From the IMG/VR virus record IMGVR_UViG_3300028030_000006, positions 29,611-93,610 of that record: 64,000 nucleotides of DNA; one strand, written 5' to 3'. The first letter of the stretch is position 1. Every line of letters starts with the position of its first letter. This stretch comes from a virus. Lineage: Duplodnaviria; Heunggongvirae; Uroviricota; Caudoviricetes. The notes under the pieces are model-generated. The model saw only the letters and a program-made list of their open reading frames with translations. It was not told the DNA's origin and did no database searches. Shown here in pieces: positions 9,833 to 19,425 of the stretch. Made by a program: the position numbers and the translations under genes.

Positions 9833-11032
9833 TTAAAAGTGTACAACCTTAACGTCCTCAATTCTCCCATCAGACTCTACAAATAATAACGTCTGACATG
9901 GTGTAATAGCAGAAAATCCTGACTGAACACCATATGATGTGTTACCAACCATTGTACCATTTACAATATTTAGACCTTTGTACTGGTTAGTTGCAGATAT
10001 AAATGAATGTGTATGCCCAGATATTGCGTGCCTGTAAGGTTTACCAAACAGTTGGATACAAGTATCTTGAAGTTTAGATCTAGCTGCTACTGTAGTGGGG
10101 CTGTATGTACGTTGAGTATCTCCGTGCATCAGCAAAATATTTGCAGTATTTACATTTAATAGCTGGTAGCCTGTATCGGTCGTGTGTATTATTACATTAT
10201 CCCATTTACCTGCTGTGATGATCTGCTTTAAAAGTAAATCGATTAACCTACCATAATCAAGATGTTTATTAGTTGTTTTAATGTCATCAGTTAAACGCTC
10301 ATGATTAGATCCTGTTGAATATAGTTCTACTACTTCATAATGTGCTCGCAAAGTGTTTAGCATAGCAGTGTACAACTCAACGGCTTTAGCAATGCTCTCA
10401 ATCACACTTCCCTCAGTTTCCCACATACCTCCATGAATCACACCTTTTAAGATATCTTTAAGGTCTGCAATTATTAACCTTTTTGACTGCTTATTACTAT
10501 TTAGGATAGCTGAAGTAAAACGCTCGATACGTAATTTTGCCACTTCATAGTTATACTCATTATCCGGCACATCATTTGGTGTTACTACTTCACCTAAGTG
10601 AATATCAGACATAACTGCAATCAGACCATACATTGGTATATTAGCGGTAAGCTCTGCATGTGTAGTTAGCTCAGGCACCTCTATAGCATCAACAACAGAT
10701 GATAATACAGACGTAAACTTATCTAAAGCTGCACCTTTAGCGATACTTCTACGTTTCGTAGCTCTATGATAATTCAACTCATTTCTAGAGTGTTGTAGTG
10801 ATTTTTCTAACTGTAATGCTTTGGTTTCGATAACATCAAACTTTGTCTCAATACTTTCACCACTTAAATACTGCTCATAGCTTTCAGCTCTATCTTTAAC
10901 CCTAATCTTCAAACCTTCTGATATGAACCAACGGCGTATTGCGTACTGATTAACACCAATAATGTCCTGCATCTCTTTCATAGATTTACCTTCTACATAC
11001 ATAGAAAGCAATAACTCTTCATAATCCTCCAT
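9833..11032 (-). CDS. HTH (sigma region-4-like) DNA-binding domain fused to a calcineurin-like metallophosphoesterase
   Basis: N-terminus 'SMKEMQDIIGVNQYAIRRWF' is HTH-like. Metallophosphoesterase motifs are present: 'AVMSDIHLGE', 'GNHE', 'LLMHGD', 'GHTHS'. Confidence 0.5.
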   Translation of the reverse strand: MEDYEELLLSMYVEGKSMKEMQDIIGVNQYAIRRWFISEGLKIRVKDRAESYEQYLSGESIETKFDVIETKALQLEKSLQHSRNELNYHRATKRRSIAKGAALDKFTSVLSSVVDAIEVPELTTHAELTANIPMYGLIAVMSDIHLGEVVTPNDVPDNEYNYEVAKLRIERFTSAILNSNKQSKRLIIADLKDILKGVIHGGMWETEGSVIESIAKAVELYTAMLNTLRAHYEVVELYSTGSNHERLTDDIKTTNKHLDYGRLIDLLLKQIITAGKWDNVIIHTTDTGYQLLNVNTANILLMHGDTQRTYSPTTVAARSKLQDTCIQLFGKPYRHAISGHTHSFISATNQYKGLNIVNGTMVGNTSYGVQSGFSAITPCQTLLFVESDGRIEDVKVVHF

Positions 11033-11041
11033 ACTACAACC

Positions 11042-11950
11042 TTATTTAGACTGTAGTTGTTTATCTAACTCAGCAATAATAGTATTACTATCGATACTGA
11101 TATAGTATGGATCAAACGGGTTAAACTCTTGAATTTTCCCTTTGAAGTTAGTTAAGTTTGTATGTATTTTCCACCCAAACTGCCAAGCAGGGATACCACC
11201 ATATAATGCTATAGCTGGTTTGTTATTTGCTGCCGCCATATGACATAAGCTACTATCAATACAAATTATTGCTTTAGCGTGCTTTGCAAGAATATTATAT
11301 GCTATTGATGGCAACTCTAACTGCGTTGTATGAGGAAATTTAGGGTGCTCATTTGGTAAACTATAATCAACTATAGCAAGATCCGGATACTTAGCATGTA
11401 TCTTCTGTAACAGCACATTAACAAATGGTATAGGATAATTACGCTGCTCATGCATCAACCCAGTATGATACTGCGACTCTTTCGGGTTAAAATCTACAGG
11501 ACTTTGGCCTCCTGTAAACTGGACTAAGATAAAGTCCACTAATTCCTCAGCAATACTTTCTGCATGCTTTGTGAGATCTTCAGGTATGACTGGTAACTGC
11601 GGTAAATTGTCTGGAGAATATTCAACCCCTAACTCATTAGCCCAATACTCGAGTAGATGCTTATCGCCATATAAACTAAAATTACCTTTGTATGGTTCGC
11701 TATAAATTAAATCTGTAGTTACTCTACGTAAATCCTCAGTACCTACAGCATCTGGAGTAAATACTCCTTGAACCCCTGGTATACCTACATATACATCAGG
11801 ATATGGGGACACGATATTGATAGCCCCGACTCCTGATTTACGTACCAATGCTGGAATCAATGATGTAAACATTATATGCTTACCTATACCACCCTCCACA
11901 TTATAGGTTGGTGCTTTGACAATTTGTTGTGTTTGTTGTTTATTTTCCAT
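11042..11950 (-). CDS. Glycosyltransferase family 9 (heptosyltransferase-like)
   Basis: C-terminal 'AIICIDSSLCHMAAANNKPAIALYGGIPAWQFGW' fits the GT9 'DSGpmHLAAAlg.P.vaLFGpT' motif. Confidence 0.45.
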   Translation of the reverse strand: MENKQQTQQIVKAPTYNVEGGIGKHIMFTSLIPALVRKSGVGAINIVSPYPDVYVGIPGVQGVFTPDAVGTEDLRRVTTDLIYSEPYKGNFSLYGDKHLLEYWANELGVEYSPDNLPQLPVIPEDLTKHAESIAEELVDFILVQFTGGQSPVDFNPKESQYHTGLMHEQRNYPIPFVNVLLQKIHAKYPDLAIVDYSLPNEHPKFPHTTQLELPSIAYNILAKHAKAIICIDSSLCHMAAANNKPAIALYGGIPAWQFGWKIHTNLTNFKGKIQEFNPFDPYYISIDSNTIIAELDKQLQSK

Positions 11951-13604
11951 TTGTTTCCTTTTTTGTTACTAATAGGTTTTGGTCAGCAAAGTAAATATAC
12001 TTAAATTCAGCATTGTCTAACGTGTGTAGTGCATCTTCTACAGTTTCAACAAGAGGTTCCCCACTTAAGTTGAAGCTAGTATTCCCTAATACGCCTACTC
12101 CACTAAGTTTTTTATACTCGACAAGAATGTCGTATAGTACTTTGTTCTGCTCTCGAGTGACTGTTTGTACTCGTGTTGTTAGATCATGATGAACTACAGC
12201 AGGTATTTGTGCTTTAACATCTTCAGTTGTAGGAAATGCTACCATCATATAAGGACTACTAGTGATACCAATAGGATCCCAAAGTGTTGATAAATCTTCT
12301 TCAAGTACGCTACAAGCGAAAGGTCTAAAGTACTCACGTTTTTTAACGCGATTCATACTATCTTTCCCGTCGTGTAATGTTGGGTTAAATAAAAATGAAC
12401 GATTACCTAAAGCTCTTGGACCTGCTTCTGAACGTCCTTGGTATAAAGCAACAATCTCACCCTCATCCACCAATTTAGCGATTTCTTTAAGATTTCCAGG
12501 CTTAGTTACCATGTACTCATAAATTGGTACCACATCATCAGCAGTATACTCCCCACCGGTGTAGTAGTTATCTATACCGCGAACCTTATTAATATCTCCA
12601 CCTGCTGTGATAAATCCGTACTTTGCTGCACCTATACTATTACCTGAATCATTACAAGTAGGCTCAAACCAGAACTCGTAATCTGGAAACTTTTGAAGAA
12701 GTTTCGCATTATTTACAACATTTAACCCGTACCCGCCAGAGATACAAATATGTTTACTACTTGGATTCATTGCAATAGCCCTACTCACAAGCATAGTAGC
12801 TAGCTGTTCGCTAGTATATTGAATTTTTCTAGCGATATTTTCAGCGAACCCTTCAGGATTACCTTTATTTACCTGAGCTGTTACTGTATCTGTAACGCTA
12901 GTTGTCGCAGGATAGTGCGGTTCAAAGTACTCTAGCTTACCTCGATTACCTGTATATAATTGAGGGATACGACTATCGAATTTACCATAAGCAGCTAAAC
13001 CCATTGTTTTTCCTGCTTCGATAGGGTGCCAACCTAATAACTGAGTTACGCCTTCATACATCTTCACTATGGTAGGCTCTGGCGCTACAGTTACATCACC
13101 AGACGTGCCTCTCAATTCAACGTTATTGGTTATAGCTTCTAGATGTAAGCGTTGAATACCTGCAGAAGCAGAAGCTTTAAATATCGACTCTGCCTCATAA
13201 GCAACATCAGTATCTGTAACTTTCAGCTCACTACCAGCACCATCAATGACAACTACAGTAGCATCATTAAATCCGCTATTTAAAAATGCGTTAGTAGCAT
13301 GCATAAGATGGTGTTTATCGCTTACATCTATAACATTTTTAACAGTCGCTCCTAGTTTTTCCAAGAACTCAACGTAGTAACTCGTACCATTCCACGGCGT
13401 TGGTGTAATAGGTGTGGTTGCTGATAGTACTAATGTGTCAATCTCTTTTGTATATTCAAGTACTTTTAACAGTGCTTTAAAAGGATTACCATCTCTTTTT
13501 ACTCTTGATAAGCGTTCTTCTTCTATATGCAGAACTAGCTCACCATCTTTTAGTAGTGCTACGGAACTGTTGTGTCCTATAGCAACTCCAAGTATGTAAC
13601 TCAT
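11940..13604 (-). CDS. NodU/CmcH-family carbamoyltransferase
   Basis: N-terminus 'MSYILGVAIGHNSSVALLKDGELVLHIEEERLSRVK' matches the carbamoyltransferase N-terminal (ASKHA-like) signature. The 554-aa length is typical. Confidence 0.6.
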   Translation of the reverse strand: MSYILGVAIGHNSSVALLKDGELVLHIEEERLSRVKRDGNPFKALLKVLEYTKEIDTLVLSATTPITPTPWNGTSYYVEFLEKLGATVKNVIDVSDKHHLMHATNAFLNSGFNDATVVVIDGAGSELKVTDTDVAYEAESIFKASASAGIQRLHLEAITNNVELRGTSGDVTVAPEPTIVKMYEGVTQLLGWHPIEAGKTMGLAAYGKFDSRIPQLYTGNRGKLEYFEPHYPATTSVTDTVTAQVNKGNPEGFAENIARKIQYTSEQLATMLVSRAIAMNPSSKHICISGGYGLNVVNNAKLLQKFPDYEFWFEPTCNDSGNSIGAAKYGFITAGGDINKVRGIDNYYTGGEYTADDVVPIYEYMVTKPGNLKEIAKLVDEGEIVALYQGRSEAGPRALGNRSFLFNPTLHDGKDSMNRVKKREYFRPFACSVLEEDLSTLWDPIGITSSPYMMVAFPTTEDVKAQIPAVVHHDLTTRVQTVTREQNKVLYDILVEYKKLSGVGVLGNTSFNLSGEPLVETVEDALHTLDNAEFKYIYFADQNLLVTKKETNGK

Positions 13605-14359
13605 TTGCTACCCCCTTTGCAGTGTATACCAACATTATTAAAGTCTCTAAACTCATTTACTGGTCGTATAACATAACCTTTTTTGTTTACCCGTTGTAGT
13701 GTGCCTATTTTTATAGTCTCAACAGGTAATTTATATGTATTTGTTTGCAAATTGTCATTCCAAGATAATTCACTCATTTTATCGTCCCATAGAATGTCTG
13801 GAACACCAACCCATAAATCTTCAGACGGGACGATAAGTTTGGCGTCTGACAACTCAGTATAATACTTAGAACGCAAATAGTTCTCCTTTCCAAATAACTT
13901 ATAAATCCAGTAACTATCACATAAGTCGTATAGTCCTGTCGTTTTCTTAACACCTGACGCAAGAACTAATGAGATAAACTCAGGACTGTCATCATTTGTA
14001 GCGTTAAACATATCTACTTTCTTTGCGGTACCTTTACCAGTAGCTAATTTTTTGACTTTAGTCACATGACTTTCTGCAAACAATAAATGCTCAGTCATGC
14101 ATAGATCCTGTATCATCATATGTAGGGCAGCTAGAGGTCTAACAGACGTACTATTAATACCAAAAGGTAGACTCTCAATTACAATTGTAGTAACATTAAA
14201 TTCTTTAACTAATTTACGTAACTCAGATAGTATGTAACGTATCCTCAATATGGTCTCTTGTTTTGGATCACTTTTAATGACTGTAAAACCTTCTAACGTG
14301 CCACCCTGCCATATTGTAACACCTGAAGCTGTTAGACTTTGGTCTATACTCATAATCAT
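13601..14359 (-). CDS. RuvC-like Holliday junction resolvase with a C-terminal extension
   Basis: 'IMSIDQSLTASGVTIW' is the RuvC motif I (IlGIDPG...G.a). 'IVIESLPFG' carries the catalytic Glu. 'DLCDSYWIY' carries the Asp motif. Confidence 0.55.
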   Translation of the reverse strand: MIMSIDQSLTASGVTIWQGGTLEGFTVIKSDPKQETILRIRYILSELRKLVKEFNVTTIVIESLPFGINSTSVRPLAALHMMIQDLCMTEHLLFAESHVTKVKKLATGKGTAKKVDMFNATNDDSPEFISLVLASGVKKTTGLYDLCDSYWIYKLFGKENYLRSKYYTELSDAKLIVPSEDLWVGVPDILWDDKMSELSWNDNLQTNTYKLPVETIKIGTLQRVNKKGYVIRPVNEFRDFNNVGIHCKGGSK

Positions 14360-14871
14360 AAGACCAAATCCCGAACAGGTGCTGGCAGTTTCAACTGTTG
14401 GACCAACTGTAACAAATCACGCTTGTCGTTATAAGTTAATACGCCTATTTTCTCAATCCCAGAGTGTGGGACAAGATACAACTTAAAGCCGATATCAAGC
14501 TCATTCACAATCCTAAATGTCTTAATAAGGGCACGCCGATCTGTATAGCCAGGCACCCAACTAGGTAAATCGATTATAGTAGAACGATCTATAGTCGGTA
14601 AAATAGGTCTAATCTCTAATAAAAATTGGACGGCCATAGGGTATCTAAAAAGGTATGGTATATTGTCTGTTGTAGCAATAGCTGTAAGTGGGGCTAGTAC
14701 TCCGTCAAACTCAAGATCTGTGTTGTTTGTAATCTCCTGTATAGCCGTACCTAACAGCTTATGCTTTGCTAAGGTACAGACAAGTCCAACTAACACATCC
14801 TCGATACCTCTTGGTCTGTAGGTTGGCTTTAAATGAAAGCCATCCAGCAGTGCTGTTGCTACTGATTGCAT
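14356..14871 (-). CDS. Hypothetical protein
   Basis: 171-aa ORF, tightly packed with overlapping start/stop contexts. Confidence 0.4.
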   Translation of the reverse strand: MQSVATALLDGFHLKPTYRPRGIEDVLVGLVCTLAKHKLLGTAIQEITNNTDLEFDGVLAPLTAIATTDNIPYLFRYPMAVQFLLEIRPILPTIDRSTIIDLPSWVPGYTDRRALIKTFRIVNELDIGFKLYLVPHSGIEKIGVLTYNDKRDLLQLVQQLKLPAPVRDLVL

Positions 14872-15786
14872 TTAGACCCCCTCAAGTAATGTTTTAACAT
14901 AAGTTTCCTTTCCCTTAAATTTACCAGACTCGCATACCTTACTTACTAATGTCTGAATCAAGTCTGTAGAGTCTGGTATGTCTTCAACTTCTGCATTTGT
15001 AACATCAATTACTTTAGTATAAAATACATTATTAAATTTTGGTAGTTTATTTAGCTCTTCTAACGTCCCATTTACAACTACTTTGTAAAGGTCTGTAGGA
15101 TTTGGTTCAAAATCCATGAAAGCATCGGCTTCTCCTACTAATTTAATCTTTTGTGGTAGTTGTAAATCTACATACTCCCAAGATAAGTCATCATTAATCA
15201 CAATATAAGAACCAGTAGGTTTACTAGATGTGAATGCTACTTGGTATGGGGATGAGGTATAGAAGGCATTACTTGCAACTTTGTACTTATGATGAATATC
15301 TCCAAACACGCAAAGTTTGTAGTTTTTAATAAACTGCATATCTCGCTCAGCCTTAATATGCGGAGGCATGTTGGCTCTAACATGTGTAATTAAAACATCA
15401 GCTGAACCAGTAGTAAGTCTCTTTAATACGCTCCAAGACGTGAGGCGGTATGTATTACCATCTAAACTGATTATCTTATCTTTAATATATTCACAATTGT
15501 GTGGAAGCACAAAGTCATATAATGATAGTCGCTTTTTTACGTTGATAGCTTCGTGATTTCCATCTAACAATAATACCTTAGAGACTTTACTTATCTCAGT
15601 AATAAAGTACTGAGCGAGCTGTACCTCCTCTAAGGTTGGTGGCATACTGTCCAGCAGATCACCATTAATGATAACTACTTGGTACGACTTATCAACAAAA
15701 TGTGCCGCCAGCTGCATCACACGACGTTCCTCAAACAGCTTATGCTGCCTGAGTTTAATGTGTATATCGGATACTACTGCTACCAA
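14872..15786 (-). CDS. Mre11/SbcD-type nuclease (calcineurin-like phosphoesterase)
   Basis: Motifs 'VVSDIHIK', 'INGDLLD', 'GNHE' and 'GDIHH' are present. It lies in the same cluster as a Rad50/SbcC homologue. Confidence 0.7.
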   Translation of the reverse strand: MVAVVSDIHIKLRQHKLFEERRVMQLAAHFVDKSYQVVIINGDLLDSMPPTLEEVQLAQYFITEISKVSKVLLLDGNHEAINVKKRLSLYDFVLPHNCEYIKDKIISLDGNTYRLTSWSVLKRLTTGSADVLITHVRANMPPHIKAERDMQFIKNYKLCVFGDIHHKYKVASNAFYTSSPYQVAFTSSKPTGSYIVINDDLSWEYVDLQLPQKIKLVGEADAFMDFEPNPTDLYKVVVNGTLEELNKLPKFNNVFYTKVIDVTNAEVEDIPDSTDLIQTLVSKVCESGKFKGKETYVKTLLEGV

Positions 15787-16601
15787 GCTAGATCATCATC
15801 CGGCTCTTCTTGAGTACCAGACCCTACTGGAGTAGCTTGCTTTGTACTATCAGGTGCTTGTAAACTCTCACGCCATGCTGCCATTTTCTTAGCTACGTCT
15901 GAAATCATATCACGAGTTTCAGGATTTGAAAAGAAATCAGCTGGACGCGGTGTAAATACACTTGCATCAGTATCAATAACCGTATAAGTTGTACTACCTT
16001 TTTTCTCTTTTTTAAATTTTAATGTATAAATTCCGTCCATGAGACCTTTTGACGGTTTATTATCAGTCAGAACCCCAAATGTATAATATGTTTTCCCTGA
16101 AATCTCATAGATTGCTGGAATCCAAGGACTTTTAGCATCAGAACGTACAAGTACGCCCATAATTTTACGCATTTTCCAACCTGCGGCCTTTTTATCTTCC
16201 TTAGATTTAGGTAATGGTTCACCATTAGCTAGGTTAACAGCTGAAGCCATCCCAGTAGTTACATCAGTAAACACATTTGAAGTCTCTGTACGTTCTTTTA
16301 CGTCGTCCCAACGACTATATTGATATGCTGTATCAATCACGAAAATATCAAAAGACACACCTAAATTGATACCCTTATCAGTAATAATACGCTCACCTGC
16401 ATCATTTTTCTCGGACTGTACGTTTACAACATGCTCACCCCATTTACCTAGTTCGCTGTCCATATCGGCAATCTTCTTTACGAATGAGAATGGTGCACCT
16501 TTTCCGCCAGTATTTGATTCCATTTGTGCTAACATTAATGCTGCTGTTTCTTCTCCAAATACTGCTATTAACTCTTCTCTACTCATTGTTACATTTTCCA
16601 T
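15780..16601 (-). CDS. Hypothetical protein
   Basis: 273-aa ORF in the recombination cluster, with no recognisable motif. Confidence 0.45.
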   Translation of the reverse strand: MENVTMSREELIAVFGEETAALMLAQMESNTGGKGAPFSFVKKIADMDSELGKWGEHVVNVQSEKNDAGERIITDKGINLGVSFDIFVIDTAYQYSRWDDVKERTETSNVFTDVTTGMASAVNLANGEPLPKSKEDKKAAGWKMRKIMGVLVRSDAKSPWIPAIYEISGKTYYTFGVLTDNKPSKGLMDGIYTLKFKKEKKGSTTYTVIDTDASVFTPRPADFFSNPETRDMISDVAKKMAAWRESLQAPDSTKQATPVGSGTQEEPDDDLAW

Positions 16602-16756
16602 TATATTTCCTTTGTTTTACGCTGTTGTTACGTTGTTTAAATTTATGTATTGTTGAACTATTAACCTTACCTCTTACCACGTTATTATGAGTCTTGTGTT
16701 ATGCTGATATCATTTGCACTCCTTATTAAATTAGTTTAATTATACACTATTAATGC

Positions 16757-17461
16757 TTAATTTAAGCTTAAAGCATACTCAATAAATGGTAATTTTGGTT
16801 GAAATTTCGTACCATTCCACGTGAATTTTACTTTATTTGTAGAATTTGACAAATGTTGAGCAGTGTATGCCATATAATGTACTGTAAAATTACCAATCTG
16901 TTGTCGAATACTACGTTTAAAGTTTTTGTAGTTAAGAGTCACGACTACTGGTTCCGTACTATAAAAGTATTCTGTAAACCTCTCCAATTCAAGTTTGCAA
17001 GGCTCACAAATACCTGTTTCAGTAACCTCAGTATCTCCACAGATAGCACATACAGGAATATCTATCGGCCGACCTAAAACCTCATAAATATTTATAACCT
17101 CAGCAACATCTACAAGTAATAGTAGTAATTGACCTTTGGTTAATCCTAGTGTTTTAGGTGTTGATAAGTAACTTAATACCTTAAGTGTTTTGAATGATAA
17201 CTTGGAGCTATCTTGGGTATTAAAATAACTAATAATATCAGTTAATAGGTCATTGGGCTCTCTTGTAGTATGTCGCATCTTAGGCCTCTTAATTACCTCT
17301 GCTGCCATAATATTTAACAGCAGAGGTAATCCTGGGATATATATATCTTGTATTATCCTAGTCTCTTTAAGCGCTAGCGTTTTTAGGCTAGCAACATCAT
17401 CAAATACTTGTAATATATCATCAATATTTATACTTGAATCACTCATATATAACCTCCTCAA
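16757..17461 (-). CDS. Hypothetical protein with C-terminal zinc ribbon (CAICGD...CEPC)
   Basis: 234-aa ORF with a CxxC...CxxC pair. Confidence 0.45.
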   Translation of the reverse strand: MRRLYMSDSSINIDDILQVFDDVASLKTLALKETRIIQDIYIPGLPLLLNIMAAEVIKRPKMRHTTREPNDLLTDIISYFNTQDSSKLSFKTLKVLSYLSTPKTLGLTKGQLLLLLVDVAEVINIYEVLGRPIDIPVCAICGDTEVTETGICEPCKLELERFTEYFYSTEPVVVTLNYKNFKRSIRQQIGNFTVHYMAYTAQHLSNSTNKVKFTWNGTKFQPKLPFIEYALSLN

Positions 17462-19061
17462 TTGTAGCTATCCCACCCTCTTTAATAACTTTGATGCTTC
17501 CTGTAAACGCAATTTTATCTAGTTGCTGTCCGTGTGATACTAATGCAATAAATTTTTGATCATTAGTAATTAGATAGTCAAACAGTTTCGCTAAGTCATC
17601 ACTAGCTGATGAATCTAAAGTATCTAACGACTCGTCGAATATTAATAAGTTTGTGGACGCATTTGTTAGATCTTTAATCGTGTATAGCATCCCAAGCAAT
17701 AATATTAAACGCATTCGAGTCTTTTCTCCACCAGATAATGAGTTTACGTGTATATTTTTGTTAAATCTTACATCATAAATAACAAAATCCACGCTAGATT
17801 TACTAGTTGTAGCTTGTACCGAGATATAAGGCAAGTTTACAAACGTTTTAAACTGGTTTAAGTAGGAGTTTAAGACCACTACAAATGTCTGTAATAGCTG
17901 CTTATGTAGATTTCCGCTTTTTATAATGCTTGACGTGTGGGATAGTATGTAATAGTCATCCTTCAACCTTCCCAATACAGCCTCAGCTTGTACTAAATCT
18001 TTGCGTAGGTTAGCTGTCTTATCTAAATTATCCTCATATATTTGATTCTTGGTATCAGCTGCTGTGATATCTAGTGTGATTCTATTGATTTCATCTGATA
18101 GCTCGATCTTCGTATCCTCTAACAGTGTTATAGTCTTAAAGATATCGTATGGCAATTCAGCTAAACTACGCTCAATCTCTGATAACTGCAACTCCAGGTC
18201 TGATATCGCTAGCTGAGACACGTTAATCGCGGCACCACAACACTTACATAATCCACTTTTCATATCTAGAAGTTTAGCTTCAGTGCTTGTTTGCTCTTCT
18301 TGTAAGCGTCTAAGTTGTGTACGGTACTCTTTATACTTAGTTAGTTTCGCATTCACATCAACTAACTTGGATACAAGTGACGCTTTATTTTTATGCATCC
18401 CAGACGTATCTATTTTGGTATATGTTGATAGCAAATCTAAACTGTTATTTATAGTTTTGATGCTAGACACTTTGCTGCTGATTTGGGAGTCTAAATCCTT
18501 AATTCGAGCTTTTACTCCTTTATCGATTGCAGATATCTGATTAAAGTCTAGTATAATTTTCATCAGACTAGAAGATGAGAAATTATCTAACAAATCACTG
18601 ATAGTTGTATGTGTGATGAATGTAAGAGTAATAAATGTAGTCAAATCCATACCAATAATATCTTGGATACGGCGTAACGCTCTTGGTATGGATGTTAAGC
18701 CTAGGTCTTTACCATCCTCAAGGATTGTTATTTTCATTAATTCTCTGTCATTAATTACTGTGTACACATGTCCAGACTTTTCAAACTCCGTAGTAAGTTT
18801 ATACTCTACTGTAGTACCACTCCCTATAAGCCGCCTAGATGTATCCTCAATAGGGATATTCAACGTCGTACGATTAAACAAACACTGCTGTACAGCCTCA
18901 AGTATAGTAGTCTTGCTACTACCATTTGATGAGAAAGGTCCATCCCTATTCTCACCATAGATTGACCACAAACCGGCCTTGTATTCTAATTTTACATCTT
19001 TAACTGCTTTAAAGTTTTGTATATGTATCCAGTTAAACTTCATTTGTTCCGATATCTCCAT
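17439..19061 (-). CDS. Rad50/SbcC-type ATPase (short form) with CxxC zinc hook
   Basis: N-terminal P-loop region 'NGSSKTT' is present. The central coiled coil carries a 'CKCCG' zinc hook. The ABC signature 'LSGGEKTRM' and the D-loop 'LLIFDESLDTLD' are present. Confidence 0.7.
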   Translation of the reverse strand: MEISEQMKFNWIHIQNFKAVKDVKLEYKAGLWSIYGENRDGPFSSNGSSKTTILEAVQQCLFNRTTLNIPIEDTSRRLIGSGTTVEYKLTTEFEKSGHVYTVINDRELMKITILEDGKDLGLTSIPRALRRIQDIIGMDLTTFITLTFITHTTISDLLDNFSSSSLMKIILDFNQISAIDKGVKARIKDLDSQISSKVSSIKTINNSLDLLSTYTKIDTSGMHKNKASLVSKLVDVNAKLTKYKEYRTQLRRLQEEQTSTEAKLLDMKSGLCKCCGAAINVSQLAISDLELQLSEIERSLAELPYDIFKTITLLEDTKIELSDEINRITLDITAADTKNQIYEDNLDKTANLRKDLVQAEAVLGRLKDDYYILSHTSSIIKSGNLHKQLLQTFVVVLNSYLNQFKTFVNLPYISVQATTSKSSVDFVIYDVRFNKNIHVNSLSGGEKTRMRLILLLGMLYTIKDLTNASTNLLIFDESLDTLDSSASDDLAKLFDYLITNDQKFIALVSHGQQLDKIAFTGSIKVIKEGGIATIEEVIYE

Positions 19062-19425
19062 ATTCTTTCATCGTAATCTCCTCAAGTATTTTATCCCCAT
19101 ATGGGTTTGGTATAAATTTAAACTTATACATCTTGGTACGTAATTGTCCTTGTAAATAACCTTGCACGTGGTAACGTGTTTTATACTTCTGTAGGCGTAG
19201 TACACCGGTAGAAAACTTAATACCCTCACCATGACTCAAAGCGTCATCAATAACAGCTCTAAAGGCCTTATACAGACGTTTCCCGTAGGTATTAGGTACC
19301 TGCAATTCATAAGCTAGACGCTTCGATAGCTCTTCCTCAGAAATGGATTTACCTGGAGCAGCTCGTGTCTTTTCAAAATCTCTATTAGTCCAACGTACGT
19401 CTGGATCTTCTAAATTATTTCCCAT
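19033..19425 (-). CDS. HU/IHF-like DNA-binding protein (tentative)
   Basis: 'GEGIKFSTGVLRLQKYKTRYHVQG...YKFKFIP' resembles the HU beta-arm pattern (G.G.F.v..r..R.grnP.tG...i....FK). Confidence 0.4.
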   Translation of the reverse strand: MGNNLEDPDVRWTNRDFEKTRAAPGKSISEEELSKRLAYELQVPNTYGKRLYKAFRAVIDDALSHGEGIKFSTGVLRLQKYKTRYHVQGYLQGQLRTKMYKFKFIPNPYGDKILEEITMKEYGDIGTNEV

